Of a DNA stretch of 64,000 nt, positions 24,801 through 39,008 are shown piece by piece. The notes beneath the pieces were generated by a model. That model saw only the letters and a list, made by a program, of their open reading frames with translations, made no database searches and was not told the DNA's origin. This DNA comes from Eledone cirrhosa. Taxonomy: Eukaryota. Location: contig OZ024745.1 of assembly GCA_964016885.1 (NCBI GenBank), positions 134,602,001 to 134,666,000 of the forward strand, written 5' to 3'. Numbering within the stretch: the first letter of the stretch is position 1; each line of letters begins with the position of its first letter. The translations under genes and the position numbers were made by a program.

Positions 24801-25278
24801 CGCTATATTACCGACATGAAAGAGGTAAATAATTATTTCTTAAATGTTTAGAACATGTTTCTCTTGTCTTAAATGTATAGAACATGTTTCTTATTTATAT
24901 TCTTAACATAGCTAGGACCTTATCTCATTTACTGGTCTCTACTTTTAGGACTTTGCTGGTCCCATGTGCCCTCCATCAAGGCACACTCGTCCCTTCTCTC
25001 TCAGGCCCCGTACTAATTACTACACATACATATATATATTTATTTTAAGAAACCTGAATGACAAATAATATAAAGTGTTTGTAAAGTGGGGAAGAGTAGT
25101 TTTACGGTGGGGTTGTTATATAGATATCGTTTTTGCAGTGGGGTCGTGACTGGCGTATAATAATGAGTCACTGTTGATGTATATACAAATCATATTTTGG
25201 ATATAAGTGAAGTTATTTAAGAGATTTAGTTGTTTTGTATACATTCAAGTTGTTGTCTCCCTGTTTCTTCTTCAACAA

Positions 25279-27350
25279 CTATAACGGTACGCGATGGGGC
25301 CCACCCACAGCCCCGGTGGACAGAATGGAGAAGGCGTTTCCCCGGAGCACGGCAAGGGAGACGCGCTGGAAAAGCCACTCCAACTCGCGGGGCTCACACC
25401 TGCGGCTGGCCAGCTCAGCGCCTATGGTGGTGAGTAAGGAGGTAGCCCTGGGGTCGAGGACACCAGAAGTCTCCACTTCCAGGGGTACGACCGCAAACCT
25501 GTCGGAGAGTGAACGATATGTGAGGAGTTTGGCCCCCTCAGCCTGACGTGCAGCAGAACCTGGGCCAGTCGCAGACTGCACCAGGTTGCGGCTGCAGAAA
25601 GTGTCGGTGCAAGTGGCATCCCAGACGAGGGGTTTGCCACCGCGGAACGGGAAGATGGTCATGCCATCTGGCCTTTTGCCGTCCCCTGGAGCTGGGAAGG
25701 GAAGCCTGCAGCGTCCAAGCCATGCTTAATGACTTCGTTGAGGGCAGCATGGCGTGGATTGCGGCTGGCACTGTGGCGACAGGAAAGCGGGTGGAGGCCG
25801 AAAGAGTCCATGGTGGAACGGCAGCGACATTGGTGTGAGGCCGAGCCTCAGGGAAACGCCGATGCGCAAGCTATGGTTGCCTAGCTGCGTGCCAGTGGAG
25901 AAGGAGTATGGAGCCAGGGTATGGAGCCAGGGTATGGAGCCAGGCCCCACTGTGGGGTTTGGAGGCCGCACGAAAACAAACAAGGCGGTGCTGGTCGAGC
26001 TGGCGTGTGAGCCTGTCTGAGGCCAGCCTGCACTGGATGGCATCCCAAGTGTGTTGGGGGGACTTGACGTCAACAGGGGGAGAAGGAGGAGGGACGTCTA
26101 CTGGGCTAAGTCCCAGCCGGTCCCACGTCTCACAGGCGGCCACGCGTTCTCTGAACACAGAGGGTTCTGTTGTGTTTTGAAGAACCCTGCTGACGAGGAC
26201 GTGGCACGAGGTTACCGACGAAAGATACGCCGGCAAAGCTAGTGAGATCGGGGATTGGAGGCGAAGGCCGCCATACCTGACAGGTAAAGTTGCATATCTC
26301 ATCGGCTGCTGCTCGGATACAAGTATCGAGCTCAGCGAGGAGAGATGTCTGGGTGTAGCACAGAGTGTATAGAGGAGCTTCGGCATGGCGTAGCACTTCC
26401 TCAGCAGAAAGAGAACTGGGTGGCCATCAATCAAGCCCAGTCGGCTCGTGAGAGTCTGGAGCTTTTGAAGCCTGGACCTGATGGTGGAGCGGATGGCCGG
26501 CGGGTGGATCGGTGAGGCCATCCTCTTTGGGGGTTACCTGAACCTGGCGGAGAATGGACCGCACGTCCAAGACGGAGACTGCAAGGCTTGCAGCATCGAG
26601 GCTGACATTCACCACCTCCGACTTGGCTGAGTTGACCTGGAGGTCGATTCCCGCCAGGTCAGGAACCATCGATTGAAGGTCATGGCAGACCGTCTGTACG
26701 GGCCCACCCAAAGTAGCATCATCCAGATACCAAACGTTGAGAGGGGCCGTTATACTCCGGGCGATGTGGTCAATACCAAGGGTGAACAGGAGGGGTCCCA
26801 AAGGGTTGCCCTGTTGGATCCCAGTAGCCGAGGGTATGACCGTATCAGCAGCAAGGCGCATGCTCGGGGCTCCATATGACAGCTAGGCAGAGGGGGCTCG
26901 GCTGAGGCAGGCCTCGAGCAGATGATCCCAGCGTAAAGAGTTGAAGGCATTCCTCATGTCAAACTTAACAATGAGGTGGCTGGAGTCCCTGGATGCCGGT
27001 TCAGAGTGTTACGGACTTGCAGATCACCTTGGCAGCCAGCCTCCGGAAGACATTGCCCACAGCAATGGGGCGTATGCCACCCTCTTTCTTCCTGAGAGCG
27101 GTGAGGCTGGCCGAAAAAAAGAGGCCTCGAGCATAAGAGTCCGGGGCGCCATGGATGAGCCTATTGGTGAGCGCCACAATTGCACTCAGAAGGCGGCGCC
27201 CGGCCTCAGCGGAGAGGGGAGATATCAACTCCTTGAGGAGGCCTGGTCAGAGACCATCAACATCTCCGCAGCTGCTAGCTGGGAAGGACCTGATGGCGGA
27301 CATGATGTCTGCATCAGAAGCCACAAGGAGCAAGTGTGGATTACAATACA
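25279..27350 (-). mobile_element. CRE-clade non-LTR retrotransposon, 5'-truncated and frameshifted
   Basis: GGIRPIAVG, QQGNPLGP, WYLDD, LPVRYGGL, SGAWLHTL, KPLVWDATC and FQRVSLAVLRGNA, up to the stop at 25279. Confidence 0.88.
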
Positions 27351-27969
27351 AAACCTCTGATAATGATTTCTCAGATATTTCACCATAATTAATTTTCATC
27401 AATATATATTAATATTATTATTGTTTATTAGATCAGGTGGATTGGCCAGAACAATTCTACTCTTCTTTTTTAGATGTCACGATTTTTCATGGCATTCCTG
27501 AGATCATTAATCTCCAGCTGGAGATCCAGAGACATCTGATGTATGTAGGTGAACCTCAGTCATCCCACTTGGGTCTTACTATGTTTAGGTATCCACCACA
27601 GGAGCCAGCTCATCAGGTCATCCTACCCTCAGCAGCAATGTCCAGCATCTATTGACTTCCGCTCCCTAGTTATTGTGGTAATCTTCGATATCTGGGAATA
27701 TATTTCTTCAGCTTAAGGGAGTAATAAATATATAGTTTTAAAAAAAACATATATATACACACACATATATATATGTTGACATTTATAAGAGTTCTCTATC
27801 AAAAGCCTTCTCTATGTCCAAAGCTAAGTATAGTGGCTTATTTGTCTCTAAGAACCTCTCTTGTAGTTGTCTCACTAAGAAGAGGGCATCTGTTGTACTT
27901 TTCAGAGGCACAAAACCAAACTGCATCTCATACACATACATACATATACATACATACATACATATACAC

Positions 27970-28320
27970 ACATCATCATCATCATCATCATTTCGTTTTA
28001 AGTCCGCTTTTTCTCTGCTTGCAAGGGTGGGACGGGAACTGATTCTGGTTTGATTTCTACAGCTGGATGCCCTTCCTAACACCAACCTCATTTACAGTGA
28101 GTGCTGGGTGCTTTTTTGCCGTGGCACCTCAACGACCACTTTGCAGTGGAATGATAGGTACCCCAGTCCCTATCATCTCATTTCTACAGCTGAGTAAACT
28201 GGAGCAATGTGAAATAAAGTGTCTTGCTCAAGGAAACAACACATCACCCGGTCTGAGAATTGAACTCACAACCTTTCGATTGCCAGGCCAATGCTCTAAC
28301 CACTAAGCCATGTGCCTCCA
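27970..28320 (-). mobile_element. CORE-type tRNA SINE with RTE tail
   Basis: Duplicate of 5185-5543. Confidence 0.85.
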
Positions 28321-28986
28321 TATACATACATACATACACACACATACATACATACATACACATATACATATACATACATATACATACATATATATATACA
28401 TATATATATACATACATATATATATACATAATATACATATACATAATATACATATACATACATACGCATACACACATATACATAAGTATATATACATATA
28501 CATACATACATATATACACATACATACATATATACACATACATACATATATACACACACATACATATATACACACACATACATATATACACACACATACA
28601 TATATACACACACACATACATATTTACATACACACATATATATATTTATACATACACACATACACACATATACATACATACACACATATACATACATACA
28701 CACATATACACATATACATACATACACACATATACATACATACACACATACATACACACATATACACATACATATATACATATATACATACACATACATG
28801 CATATACATACATGCATATACATACATACACATACATGCATATACATACATACATACACATACATGCATATACATACATACACACACATACATGCATATA
28901 CATACATACACACACATACATACACATACATGCATATACATACATACACACACATGCATACATATATATATATATATACATACATA
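28321..28986. repeat. Compound TA/CA microsatellite
   Basis: Directly visible. Confidence 0.95.
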
Positions 28987-29079
28987 AAGACAAATTCACC
29001 TCATGGACGAGAATGCAAGGGCTCCTCTTTGTTTCGGCCGCGGATGGCTAACATAACCCCATCAGAAAAAGCCCCCATC

Positions 29080-29345
29080 AGCCAGTTTATTCTACTTGTG
29101 GCTTGTTCTCCTGCTCAGGCAGTAAAACGATGTGCTTGATTAGCATTTCGTCTGATTTGCTGTTGTTCCTTAATTTGTTGTTCTCGAGTAGCAGCAGTCC
29201 TTTGTTCCCTTTCATCCAAACTGTGTGCTCTTGCTAAAGCTGTTTGGGCTCTGTTAGCAGCTAGACGGGCATGCCAAACTTCTTCACTTTCTTCAGATCG
29301 CTGTATTTTCTTTCTCTTAGCCTCTGAAGATGACCTTCCATATAA
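29080..29345 (-). mobile_element. Possible Helitron N-terminal (charged, STPR-like) coding remnant
   Basis: Manual translation gives GRSSSEAKRKKIQRSEESEEVWHARLAANRAQTALARAHSLDEREQR. This is a compositional resemblance only. Confidence 0.3.
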
Positions 29346-29412
29346 TGATCTGGAAGGTTACCGGTATGACAAAAGGCTCAATGCAAGTTTTCAAGTGTTT
29401 TACAGAACCGAG

Positions 29413-29790
29413 ATACAAAGTGTTAAAATGATCAAATTTTACTTTAGAACATTTATTTGCTGACAATTGTTTCTTCCAGAGGGAAGTCTGGAATCATCGG
29501 AGCATAAGGAATGTTGAAACATTGCTTATAACTTTTATGCCTGTGATTTTTTTGCTTGTGCTTTTTACTTATACCTATTACACTTCCAACCAGTGCTGCC
29601 TGTAATTGTGTTCTTTCAAGCAGAACATCTTTTTAACTCCTGATTCTCCACATGATGCCTTTGACACTAATAACAATTATGTATCTTAAATGTTCTGAAT
29701 GATAGGATTTTAGTAACATGTTTCTGGAAGAAACAATTGTCAGCAAATAAATGTTCTAAACTAAAATTTGATCGTTTTAACACTTTGTAT
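29413..29790. repeat. About 68-bp near-perfect inverted repeat with a spacer of about 240 bp
   Basis: 29413-29480 differs from the reverse complement of about 29723-29790 at 2 positions. Confidence 0.85.
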
Positions 29791-29829
29791 ATATATGTAT
29801 ATATATATATATATAAATATGTATATATA

Positions 29830-31320
29830 CTCTTTTTACCTGTTCCAGCCATCCGGCTGAGGCTATGCTGGGGCACCGCCCTTGTTGCTACACATTTAAT
29901 CTCCAGCCTGTATTGGTTGACCACTGGTGCAACAGGGAGTTCATTGCTGCTGCCCTTAGGTTTCCCTCGTGCCTTGCTGTGGGCTCATCTAGGATCTTGT
30001 ATAGCAAGGTGTCGACATGTTTCTTGAAGACATCCACACCATGCAGATCTCTCAGATCCCTTGGCAGCTTGTTGAAGAGTTGAGGGTCCTTGAACCCCAG
30101 ACTTTTGCAATATCTGCTCCTTATTCTAGATATGGAAGACGGGATCTTTGGCACCACACAATGACGTCCTGTTCGGCAGTTGGTCCAGCTGCCAATGCCA
30201 AAGTTTGGTGCTAGTCCCTCCAGAATTTTCCACATGTAGATCACTGCGTATCTCTCCCGTCTTCATTCCAAGGAGTAGAGGTTCAGTTCTTTTAGCCTCG
30301 CCCAGTAGCTTATCTCCTTCATAGTCACAATCCTCTTGGTGTAGCTTCGCTGGATTGCCTCAAGCTCCGTGGTTAGTTTGACACTATGGGGTGACCACAA
30401 CTGGGAGCAATAGTCCAGGCGGCTTAGGACAAATGTCCTCCATAGTGTCAACATGGTGTCTCGGTCTCTTGTCCGGAAAGTCTTCAAGATCCAGCCAGCG
30501 AGTCGTCTGCACATTGTCGCCACTTTCATGATGTGAGAGGAAAAAGATGCATCATCGCTCATGTCTATACCCAAGTCTCATATCGATTTTTACCCAGGGA
30601 TATCGGTCCCTCCTGGTCCGGTGTAACTGTGTTGTACTGTATTTGTGTTTGCAGGAATTGCGTAGCGCTTGGAATTTGCCAGCATTAAACTGCATGTTGT
30701 TATCTTCTGCCCATTTGTATATGGCATACAGCCCTTGTTGTAAAAGGGCAGAGTCAGCCGGGTTTTTGATTGCCTGTGCTACCTTAGTGTCATCAGCATA
30801 GCTAGTGAGGGATGTTGTTGTATGTACTACAGAGGGTATGTCTGAGAGAGCCACCAAAAACAGTAGTGGTCCCAGGACTGTGCCTTGGGGAACCCCACTT
30901 GTTATTGATAATTCCTTTGAGAGGGCCCCCGTTTGCTGCGACTGTCTGGCTTCTCTCCTTTAAGAAGTCGTGCAGCCACTCACCTACTTTTCTAGTTATG
31001 GTGAGTCCGTGTAGTTTGTGACATATCATTCCGTGGTCGACTTTGTCAAAGGCCTTCGCAAAGTCCAGATATATCATGTCCACATGTGAGCTGTCAAGTA
31101 GTTGTTTCAGTACCCAGTCTTAATGATGTAGCAGCTGTGTAAGGCAGCTTCTTCCTGGGTGAAAGCCATGCTGTGTGTTAGTCAGACAGTCATTTTCCTC
31201 GAGGAAAGTGATCAGTTTCTTTCTGACGATTCGCTCCATGACCTTACTGATATGTGACGTCAGGGAGACTGGCCTATGTTGTTTGGCTTCCGCTCTGCTA
31301 CCTCCTATATGGATAGGGCA
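29830..31320 (-). mobile_element. CR1-group LINE, 5'-truncated and frameshifted
   Basis: RPVSLTSHISKVMER, QHGF..GRSCLTQL, YLDFAKAFDKVDH, YADDTK, SRLDYCSQLWSP, YSLE.RRERY. Confidence 0.9.
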
Positions 31321-31615
31321 CTTGTGAATGCAAGCTCACCTTTATCATTCTGGAAACACTTCTCTCCAATGACATCACAATTCTCTCTGACACACTGCCT
31401 CGTAATCTGGAACACCTCCTGTTTCTGTTCCTCATGTTGCAAAACATGCTTGAATTTCCTATCCTCTGCCTCCCTTCTAGCTAAGTATACTTGTCGCCTA
31501 GCTTCCCTCCTGGTCTCTCTGTAATGTGCTCTGTTCTTCCATTCTTTCCATGCCTGTCTCTTAACCTTAACTGCCTCATCTACCATATTGTTCCACCACC
31601 AAGTCACTCTCCTCC
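31321..31615 (-). mobile_element. RTE linker-region fragment abutting the CR1 5' end
   Basis: TWWWN..KRQAWKEWK..RREARRQVY..RQCVREN. Confidence 0.85.
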
Positions 31616-32559
31616 TCCCTGTATATATCTTTTTATCATTATCCTTTTCTCAAATATAGACAAATTACGACACACACAAATATTATGCATGGATATGTTA
31701 CCTGGAAGCTGGAGAGTGAGAATAATATAGATGATAAAAGTCTATCTTCAGCAACAAGTGCTATATTTTCTCCCATGTTGAAAGATTATTTTACAATATA
31801 AGAACTTGAAACTAAGACTAACTGAGTCACAGAATAGATAGGGATGTACACAAAAGACCTAGATGTGAAAAGAAGTGGAAATTGTGCAGATTGAACATTG
31901 AAGATGTGACCGATGTGAAGAAGCTGTGGAAAGATGTGGCGAAAAGAGTGAAGAATGCAATCCCTAGAAAGGTCATCCCCGAGAGTAAACATTGGGAGTT
32001 ACAGCAAACGTTTTAAGACATAGAAAGAGTAGTTGTGGATTGTTCCGGTGAAAAGCAATGAATTGGAAGCATAACAGACGACGCTCAGCAGTTGGAGTTC
32101 GCTGCCAAGCAGATACCAATATAATATTATATATTAGGGAATCAGATAGTTTGTCTTTATTTCCTGTTGTTTTATTGCAAAAGCGTATCCTTGAAAGTGA
32201 GAGACAATATAGCGTTTGTTGGTGAAGATAATATAATTTGTTTATCTATATTACTCTCTATGCAGAAATAAGGAAACATTTGCACATGGTCGACCCTGAC
32301 TATACGTTCATATTAGTTGTGAAGCTTTGCTTTAGAGAAATAGAAAGAAGACGACTATATTTGTAATTCGAAGTATAATCGATGTAAGTATGATAAAAAA
32401 TATTTGAAACATTGGAGATGATGTGCATCTAAATACTAAGCATATACAGATGCACACATAAGTGAAAAGGAACACAAGCACACACAAATAGATGGATAGC
32501 TGCACACACATGCATACATATCTACCTAGTTGATGTTTAAATTTCAACAAGTCTTATCT

Positions 32560-34150
32560 TCATCACTTTACGTCCGCTTTTCCTTGCTTGCAAGGGTGGG
32601 ACGAACCTATTGAGCACAGTATTTCTCCACTTGTCACGGTCCTTCGTCATCTCCTCATTGAGCTTTAGAGATTTGAGGTCTGCTCACACCAGCTCCGCCC
32701 GTATTTTTCGTGGTCTTCCTCTACTGCGTTGTCCTTCTACTGGGATTTCTTGGCACTTCTTTACCTAGGTGTCATCCTCCATGCGCATCACATGTCTATA
32801 CCAACACAGTCTTCTCTCCTGCACACTACAACTTATCCCAATTAAACAGTTTCTCCCTGAAGTCCTCCATGCCTAGTCGTTCATTTCTCTCCAGCCATCG
32901 CATATCCTCTGCAGTTGCTGCCCAAGTCTCACTATCATGCAGCATCGCGCATCTCACACAGTCATCATATAACCATCCTTTCGTACGCAGGGAGAAATCC
33001 TTCTTTGTCAACAGAGGAAGCAGCTCCCTAAATTTCTTCCGACCTGTCCTTATTCTAGATATTATGGTCTCGGAACACCCCTCCCATTCTAATCAGATCA
33101 CCTAGGTAGCGGAAGCTATCACCCACTTCTATAGAACCCACCTTCATGTGGTAAATGTGTCTATCACTGCGTCTTCTACTGTCAAGTTCTGTACAACTAC
33201 TGCATACGTATTTCTCTCTACTTGTTAGTTTGCCTGCTATCCCACTACATCTCTTGTGTACCCAGGATCTGCATTGTGTACATTTTATAGAATTTATCCC
33301 AACTCCTTTTCTACATATTGAACATGACCATTTCCCTGATGGAATCAGAGTTTTGTCCTCTTCTCTACTTATCAATACTTTTGTCTTAGCTAGGTTCACT
33401 CTCAGTCCTCTTGATTCCAACTGATTTTTCCATAGACAGAATTTCTTCTCTAGTTCCTCTACTGAATCTGCTATAAGTACCAGATCGTCAGCCTAGAGAA
33501 GTTCCCATGGGCAGTCAGTCTTAAACTCATGTTATGGCTTGGAGAATTATAATGAACAAGATCGGGCTGAGGACAGAGCCCTGATGCACTCCTACTTGTA
33601 TCTGGAATTCCTCATTAAGCTCCATTACTTCTCTCACTTTACTGACAGAACCTCTGTACTTAGCTTGCACTGTCCTCACAAGCCATTCCTCTACACCTAT
33701 TTTCCTTAGAGACCACCAGATGACAGATCGTGGTACACTATCAAAGACCTCCTCTAAGTCATCAAAAGCTAAGTATAGTGGCTTATTCTTCTCTAATAAC
33801 CTCTCTTGTAGTTGTATCACTAAGAAGAGGGCATCTGTTGTACTTTTCCCAGGCATAAAACCAAACTGCATCTCATTTAGTTTGGCCCTTTCTCTAATTA
33901 GTTGCAATAGTATTCTTTCTGTCACTTTCATAACCTGATCCATCAGTTTGATGCCCCTATAATTGCTCATTTCCAGAGCATCCCTTTCTACCTTTGTCGC
34001 AATTTATAAGAATACTGCTGCACCAGTCTTTGGGTATGACTCAGCCATATATATAACTTGATTGACGATGCGTGCAACCAGTTTAGTAGCTACTTTTGAT
34101 GCCCTAACCCTATATTCGTCTTTGTGAATAGCTGGTCCCTCTATCGGATA
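32560..34150 (-). mobile_element. RTE LINE (short-3'UTR subfamily), decayed
   Basis: NYRGIKLMDQ, GVHQGS, FRYLGD and SETW motifs, with the tail at about 32560-32605. Confidence 0.92.
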
Positions 34151-35299
34151 ATAATTTGTGAAAAAATGAAAGAAGAAAACATACACTCTCTCACTCACAT
34201 GAACAGACATTGAGCACTAAATATCTATTTGTTTTTAAAATATAATTTCAATAATAATTAATTGCTAAGATGGATTACATTGCCACCGGTTATATTTTAT
34301 ATATTTCCTAAAACTCGTTTGTTTAAAAAGCTTAATTTTTTTTTCTTTTTACTCTGACATTTTGACTTGTAGCTCTGATAAGTTGAGCTAGATTGCCAGC
34401 GTTGAAATAGTTGCGCTTTAGTTTTGATGTAGCCGCGAGTCGTGGGGGTATAGTATATTGTCATGTATGTATATACTTATGTGTACATATATCTATATAT
34501 GTATGTATGTATACACGTGTATGTATATCTATATGTATATCTACATATATATATATATGTTATTGTGTATAGTGTTTGTGTGTTTACATAAGACTACAAA
34601 TCTGTTTATGCAGCATTCCAATTAGCAAAGGGAGATTACTCTACAATATTTTAATAAAATTATTGGAGTTGTTTCCCTTTTATCCGGAAATGTTGTTTGA
34701 TAAAACTGTCATTGAATTTATGCCTTGTTAAGGCTGGTTCGGTCTCAGTCAGTGCTAAGTGTATGCTGTTAAAAGAAAGATATTTCATGTGACATAATTA
34801 CTGCAACAGGTTAGGTATTTTCAAGGTTTGGGGTTGTATTTTATTGTTTAAATATGATTGTCACTTAGATAAGACAGGATTCATCAATTTGTAGAAGAAT
34901 TGATAGGGTTAAGTTTTAATTTTTGGGTGGGTGTGTATATATGAAACTGAATAGCTATTTATATACATGATCTGTTGATTCTCTATCCTTCTTTCTCATA
35001 AATATAGACATAGAAATTACGATATACAAGTACACACATACATGCATACACTCACACACATATATTTCACATTGTTCTGATCAAAATATTTAATTTCTTC
35101 ACAGAATAATAAATCATGTTTTAGTTTTTGCTGGTGTTGTTGGGAGTGGTGGCGGTGTTTGTGTTGTTGTTGTTACACATACCCACACTGACTGGCAAAA
35201 CTTCTTTCATCTCAATGAAATTTCCGCCCAAACAACTACTACCACCTCCATCCCCACCACCAGGTTCACAATTATACACACACACAGATTCATACATAC

Positions 35300-35730
35300 A
35301 CACATGTGTGAGATCCGTGATGCTGCATGGTAGTGAGACATGGGCAGCAACTGCAGAAGATATGCGACGGCTAGAGAGAAATGAAGCAAGCATGCTCCAT
35401 TGGATGTGCAATGCCAAAGTGCGTGAACGACCAAGCATAGACGAGTTGAGAAAGAAACTGGGTATAAGAGGGATAAGTTGTGGTGTGCAGGAGAGAAGGC
35501 TGAGATGGTATGGACATGTGATGCGAATGTAGGATGACCGCCGGCTAAAGAAGTGCCAAGAAATCCCAGTAGAGGTAGACCACGAAAAACATGGGCGGAG
35601 GTGGTGAGAGCAGACCTCAAATCTCACCGAGGAGATGACGAAGGACCGTGACGAGTGGAGAGATGCTGTGCTGAATAGGACCCGTCCAACCCTTGCAAGC
35701 AGGGAAAAGCGGACGTAAAATGATGATGAT
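35300..35730 (+). mobile_element. RTE 3' fragment (short-3'UTR subfamily)
   Basis: CVRSVMLHGSETW...RRLRWYGHVMRM, GRPRKTW and tail GGAAAAGCGGACGTAAAA(TGA)n. Confidence 0.9.
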
Positions 35731-35974
35731 ATTAGTGGGTGTGTGTTCATAATCACTCACGGGAAGTCAAATGGCTGCAGGTCAGTCAGATTTATATTTA
35801 ATTTATTTCTAAAAAAATAAAATTTTTTTAATTTATTTCTTAAAAAAAAGTTCAATTTAATTTTTTTCTTAAAAAATAAAAAGTTTAATTTCATTTATTT
35901 CTTTAAAAAAAAATTAAATATAATTAATTTCTTCAAAAAAAAGCTTTGTTAAATTTATTTTTACGTTTTGTATT

Positions 35975-36608
35975 GAGGGATCAGATGTTTACTCGAGAGA
36001 AGACTATGTTGGTATGGTCACGTGATGCGCATGAAAGAAGACAGCTGTATAAAAATGTGCAGGGCAATAAAAATAAACGGTAGCCACGGAGTAGGCAGAC
36101 CCAGAAAAACCTGGGACGACTTGATAAATTCCGACCTCACACACTTACACCTCTCCAAGACAATGTCACTGGACCGAGTTCTTTGGCGCTACACAATAAT
36201 AGAGAAGACCCGCCTTACCTAAGTGCAAAGTAAAACCTACTACACTCTGTAGGCACCTCTAACAAAATACACCCCCGTCCCACTACCCCCACCCCATCCA
36301 CACCACCCCTTTCAATGTAAAGTTATGTTGGTACCACAACATCCAGCCCGAAACAAATGAGGTCGTGTAGGTGTCACGACAAAAATACACACAGTCCACG
36401 CTGTAATGTGGGCGTGTAGGTAACACGGTAAAAACCTCCCAGTTCCACACTGTAAATGTGGTTAGTGTTAGGAAGGGCATCCAACCGTAGAAAACCCGCC
36501 AGACAGTCCTATGCGAGCAAGACAACCACTCTTGCCTCAAGTGGGAAAACTCCCGTCCAAACCCATGCGAGCGTGGAATATGGACGTTAAACGAAGATCA
36601 TGATGATG
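35975..36608 (+). mobile_element. RTE 3' fragment (long-3'UTR subfamily)
   Basis: Matches 16990-17620. Confidence 0.9.
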
Positions 36609-36890
36609 ATACATATATACATATACATACATATATACACATACATACACATATATACATACATACACATACATACATACACATACATACACATACATAC
36701 ATATACATACACACACATATATACATATACACACACATATATACATATACACACATATATACATATACACACACACACACACATATATACATATACACAC
36801 ACATATATACACATACACACATACATACATACATATACATTAGTATTCACACATACATATACATACCAGTACCCATACATATATGTATAT
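36609..36890. repeat. TA/CA microsatellite
   Basis: Directly visible. Confidence 0.95.
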
Positions 36891-37320
36891 ATCAGTATTT
36901 CGAGTACGGCCACTACATTATATTCATGTAGGAGAACCCCTACCGATGCGCTGAACGAGTGTGACTTTTTAGTCCAGCCAGCGACTTGAAAACTCTTGTA
37001 CAAACACTACACTTGTGATAATTATATATCTATCTATCTCCCTACATATCTATCAATTATATATCTATCTATCTACCTACATATCTATTTATGTATCTCA
37101 AAACCTTTTGCAACGTCTATCTTGAGATGTTAAACGCCCTCTTCCGCCATATGATGCTTGTTTGCCAAGGGGAGATAATTACATGATTGACTTTGACACG
37201 TGCGTACACACCAAACAAACTTAGACACGCCCACATACAGCAATGGTAGACGAACGGCGCTGAATTTGATTTTCGGTGAAAACGTAACAAGTTGTGTTTC
37301 ATTGTTTGAACAAACAATCA

Positions 37321-39008
37321 GGTGTTGGCTCCGTTTTCCACCCCTTCAATTTATACTGTTACTTAAGCATTTGTAGTGTTATGTATATATTTAAAACATA
37401 TTTATGTTATTCTACTGTAAATTTATTTATATTCTTTGTATATATCATATGTGTTTATATTTTCACTCCCATTTGTAACGTTATTTAATATATAATAATT
37501 GTTTCTACTTTTGGCACAAGGCCGGCAAATATTCAGTGTATTACTGGTACTTTATTTAATATATAATAACATTTCAAATTGTAAGATGTAAATAATTGTT
37601 CCAAATGTATTTAGTTGATAACAAACTATCAAATTTCTCTTTTATTCACAGTTGTATAAATAACATTAGAAATCGTTTGCAATTCTTTCAGAATGAAAAT
37701 ATAAACAGAGCATATAAATAAATTTACAGTAGAATAACAAATATGTTTTAAATACAGTGATACCTTGAGATACAAGTGAACCGACATACGAGTTTTTTTT
37801 TAGATACGAGCTAGCGCGTGCCTGAGAGGGGTGCAGAATTAATTTCACCCGGTGAACCCCAACCAAAGTTACACCCGTCGTTTATATCCGTAAAGTGACT
37901 AAAGATTAAAACAAATGTAATATATTTACGGTTAGGGTTGAGGCGATACTTGGTTTTAGTGTCTTAAATTATCATCGACATTCAGTTATTAGCTCCACGC
38001 ACTACACGACACGTCATCAGCTGCTGCTGCTTGATTTTTACATGTTAATTTTACACGAAAAAACATTGAATTTTTAGAATAAATATTTATTAAAATATTA
38101 ACAGAGAAAATTAGATTTTTTATTTAATTTTTTAACAAAATAAATATTTATTTACAGTTTTTCACAGAAAAACTATGCTTCATTTTTACATGAATATTTA
38201 TTTACAGTTTTTAACAGAAAAAATATTGCTGCGAAATACATTTTTTTTTTAACAGATTTACAGTTTTTAACAGAAAAAAAAATTCGTTAAACAATATATT
38301 TTTTTACCTGTGCAATTGTATGCGTGATGTATGTAGTGAATGGGTTGAGCAAAATCTGGCGATACTCGGTGTATGATCCATACAGATGAGTGGCGGGTAT
38401 GCCAAATTTGCCTGGTCGTTATACACATCTCACTGTCAATCATTCAAAAAGCATTTCGTTGATCCCATATCAAGTACATACACGCAAAATATTGAGGGGA
38501 GTGTGGTCTGATGCCAACAAGAAACTAAAACGCATCAATGGTACCAGCCGACCAATATTTCAGTCGTATTTAAGGCAGTTTGAGTGGCAATGTCACGTAT
38601 CCAACTGGTGAAGGTAAATGTTTCGAAAAAAATGTAGTTGTTCTAATGCAGTTTATATATAATATCGTCTTTATTTTAATGCGTAGTGGAACTACATTTG
38701 CATACGCAATAATGTCAAACTGACCAATGGGAGGTTGCGTATGAATACATGGGCAATCTCACTCTCTTGTTAAAAACCCGAGACAGTCGTCGGGTGCCAG
38801 ACAGATCGACACAGTTAACGCGTGAAGACGTATCTATAAAAATGGTGACCTGGCTGTAAAGAATACATCCTTCACACACATAAAAAAAATGTCGAGTTTA
38901 CAATAACACAATATTTTGTTTGCACATGGCATTTTTGTCCAATGTGGCGACCCACCTCCTATTTCTTCATCACTTATTCTCGCGCTTTTACTTTGGCCAA
39001 CATAAGCG
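37321..39008 (+). repeat. Probable source copy of the 1105-2811 duplication
   Basis: Near-identical sequence. Here it continues colinearly into Gypsy internal sequence. Confidence 0.9.
38368..38611 (+). mobile_element. Merlin/ISXO2 transposase remnant (second copy)
   Basis: Essentially identical to 2150-2393. Confidence 0.85.

Larger units (their letters stand above)
25351..29060 (+). repeat. Segmental duplication, paralogous to 2812-6143
   Basis: Same order of CRE, RTE-X end, RTE fragment, SINE and microsatellite, ending GGCTAACATAACCCCATC. Confidence 0.95.

Noticed and set aside
37120-37320. Promoter-like motifs (CCGCCAT, CACGTG, ACACGCCC)
   Set aside because: Short motifs with no associated gene. 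They could be chance or TE-derived.
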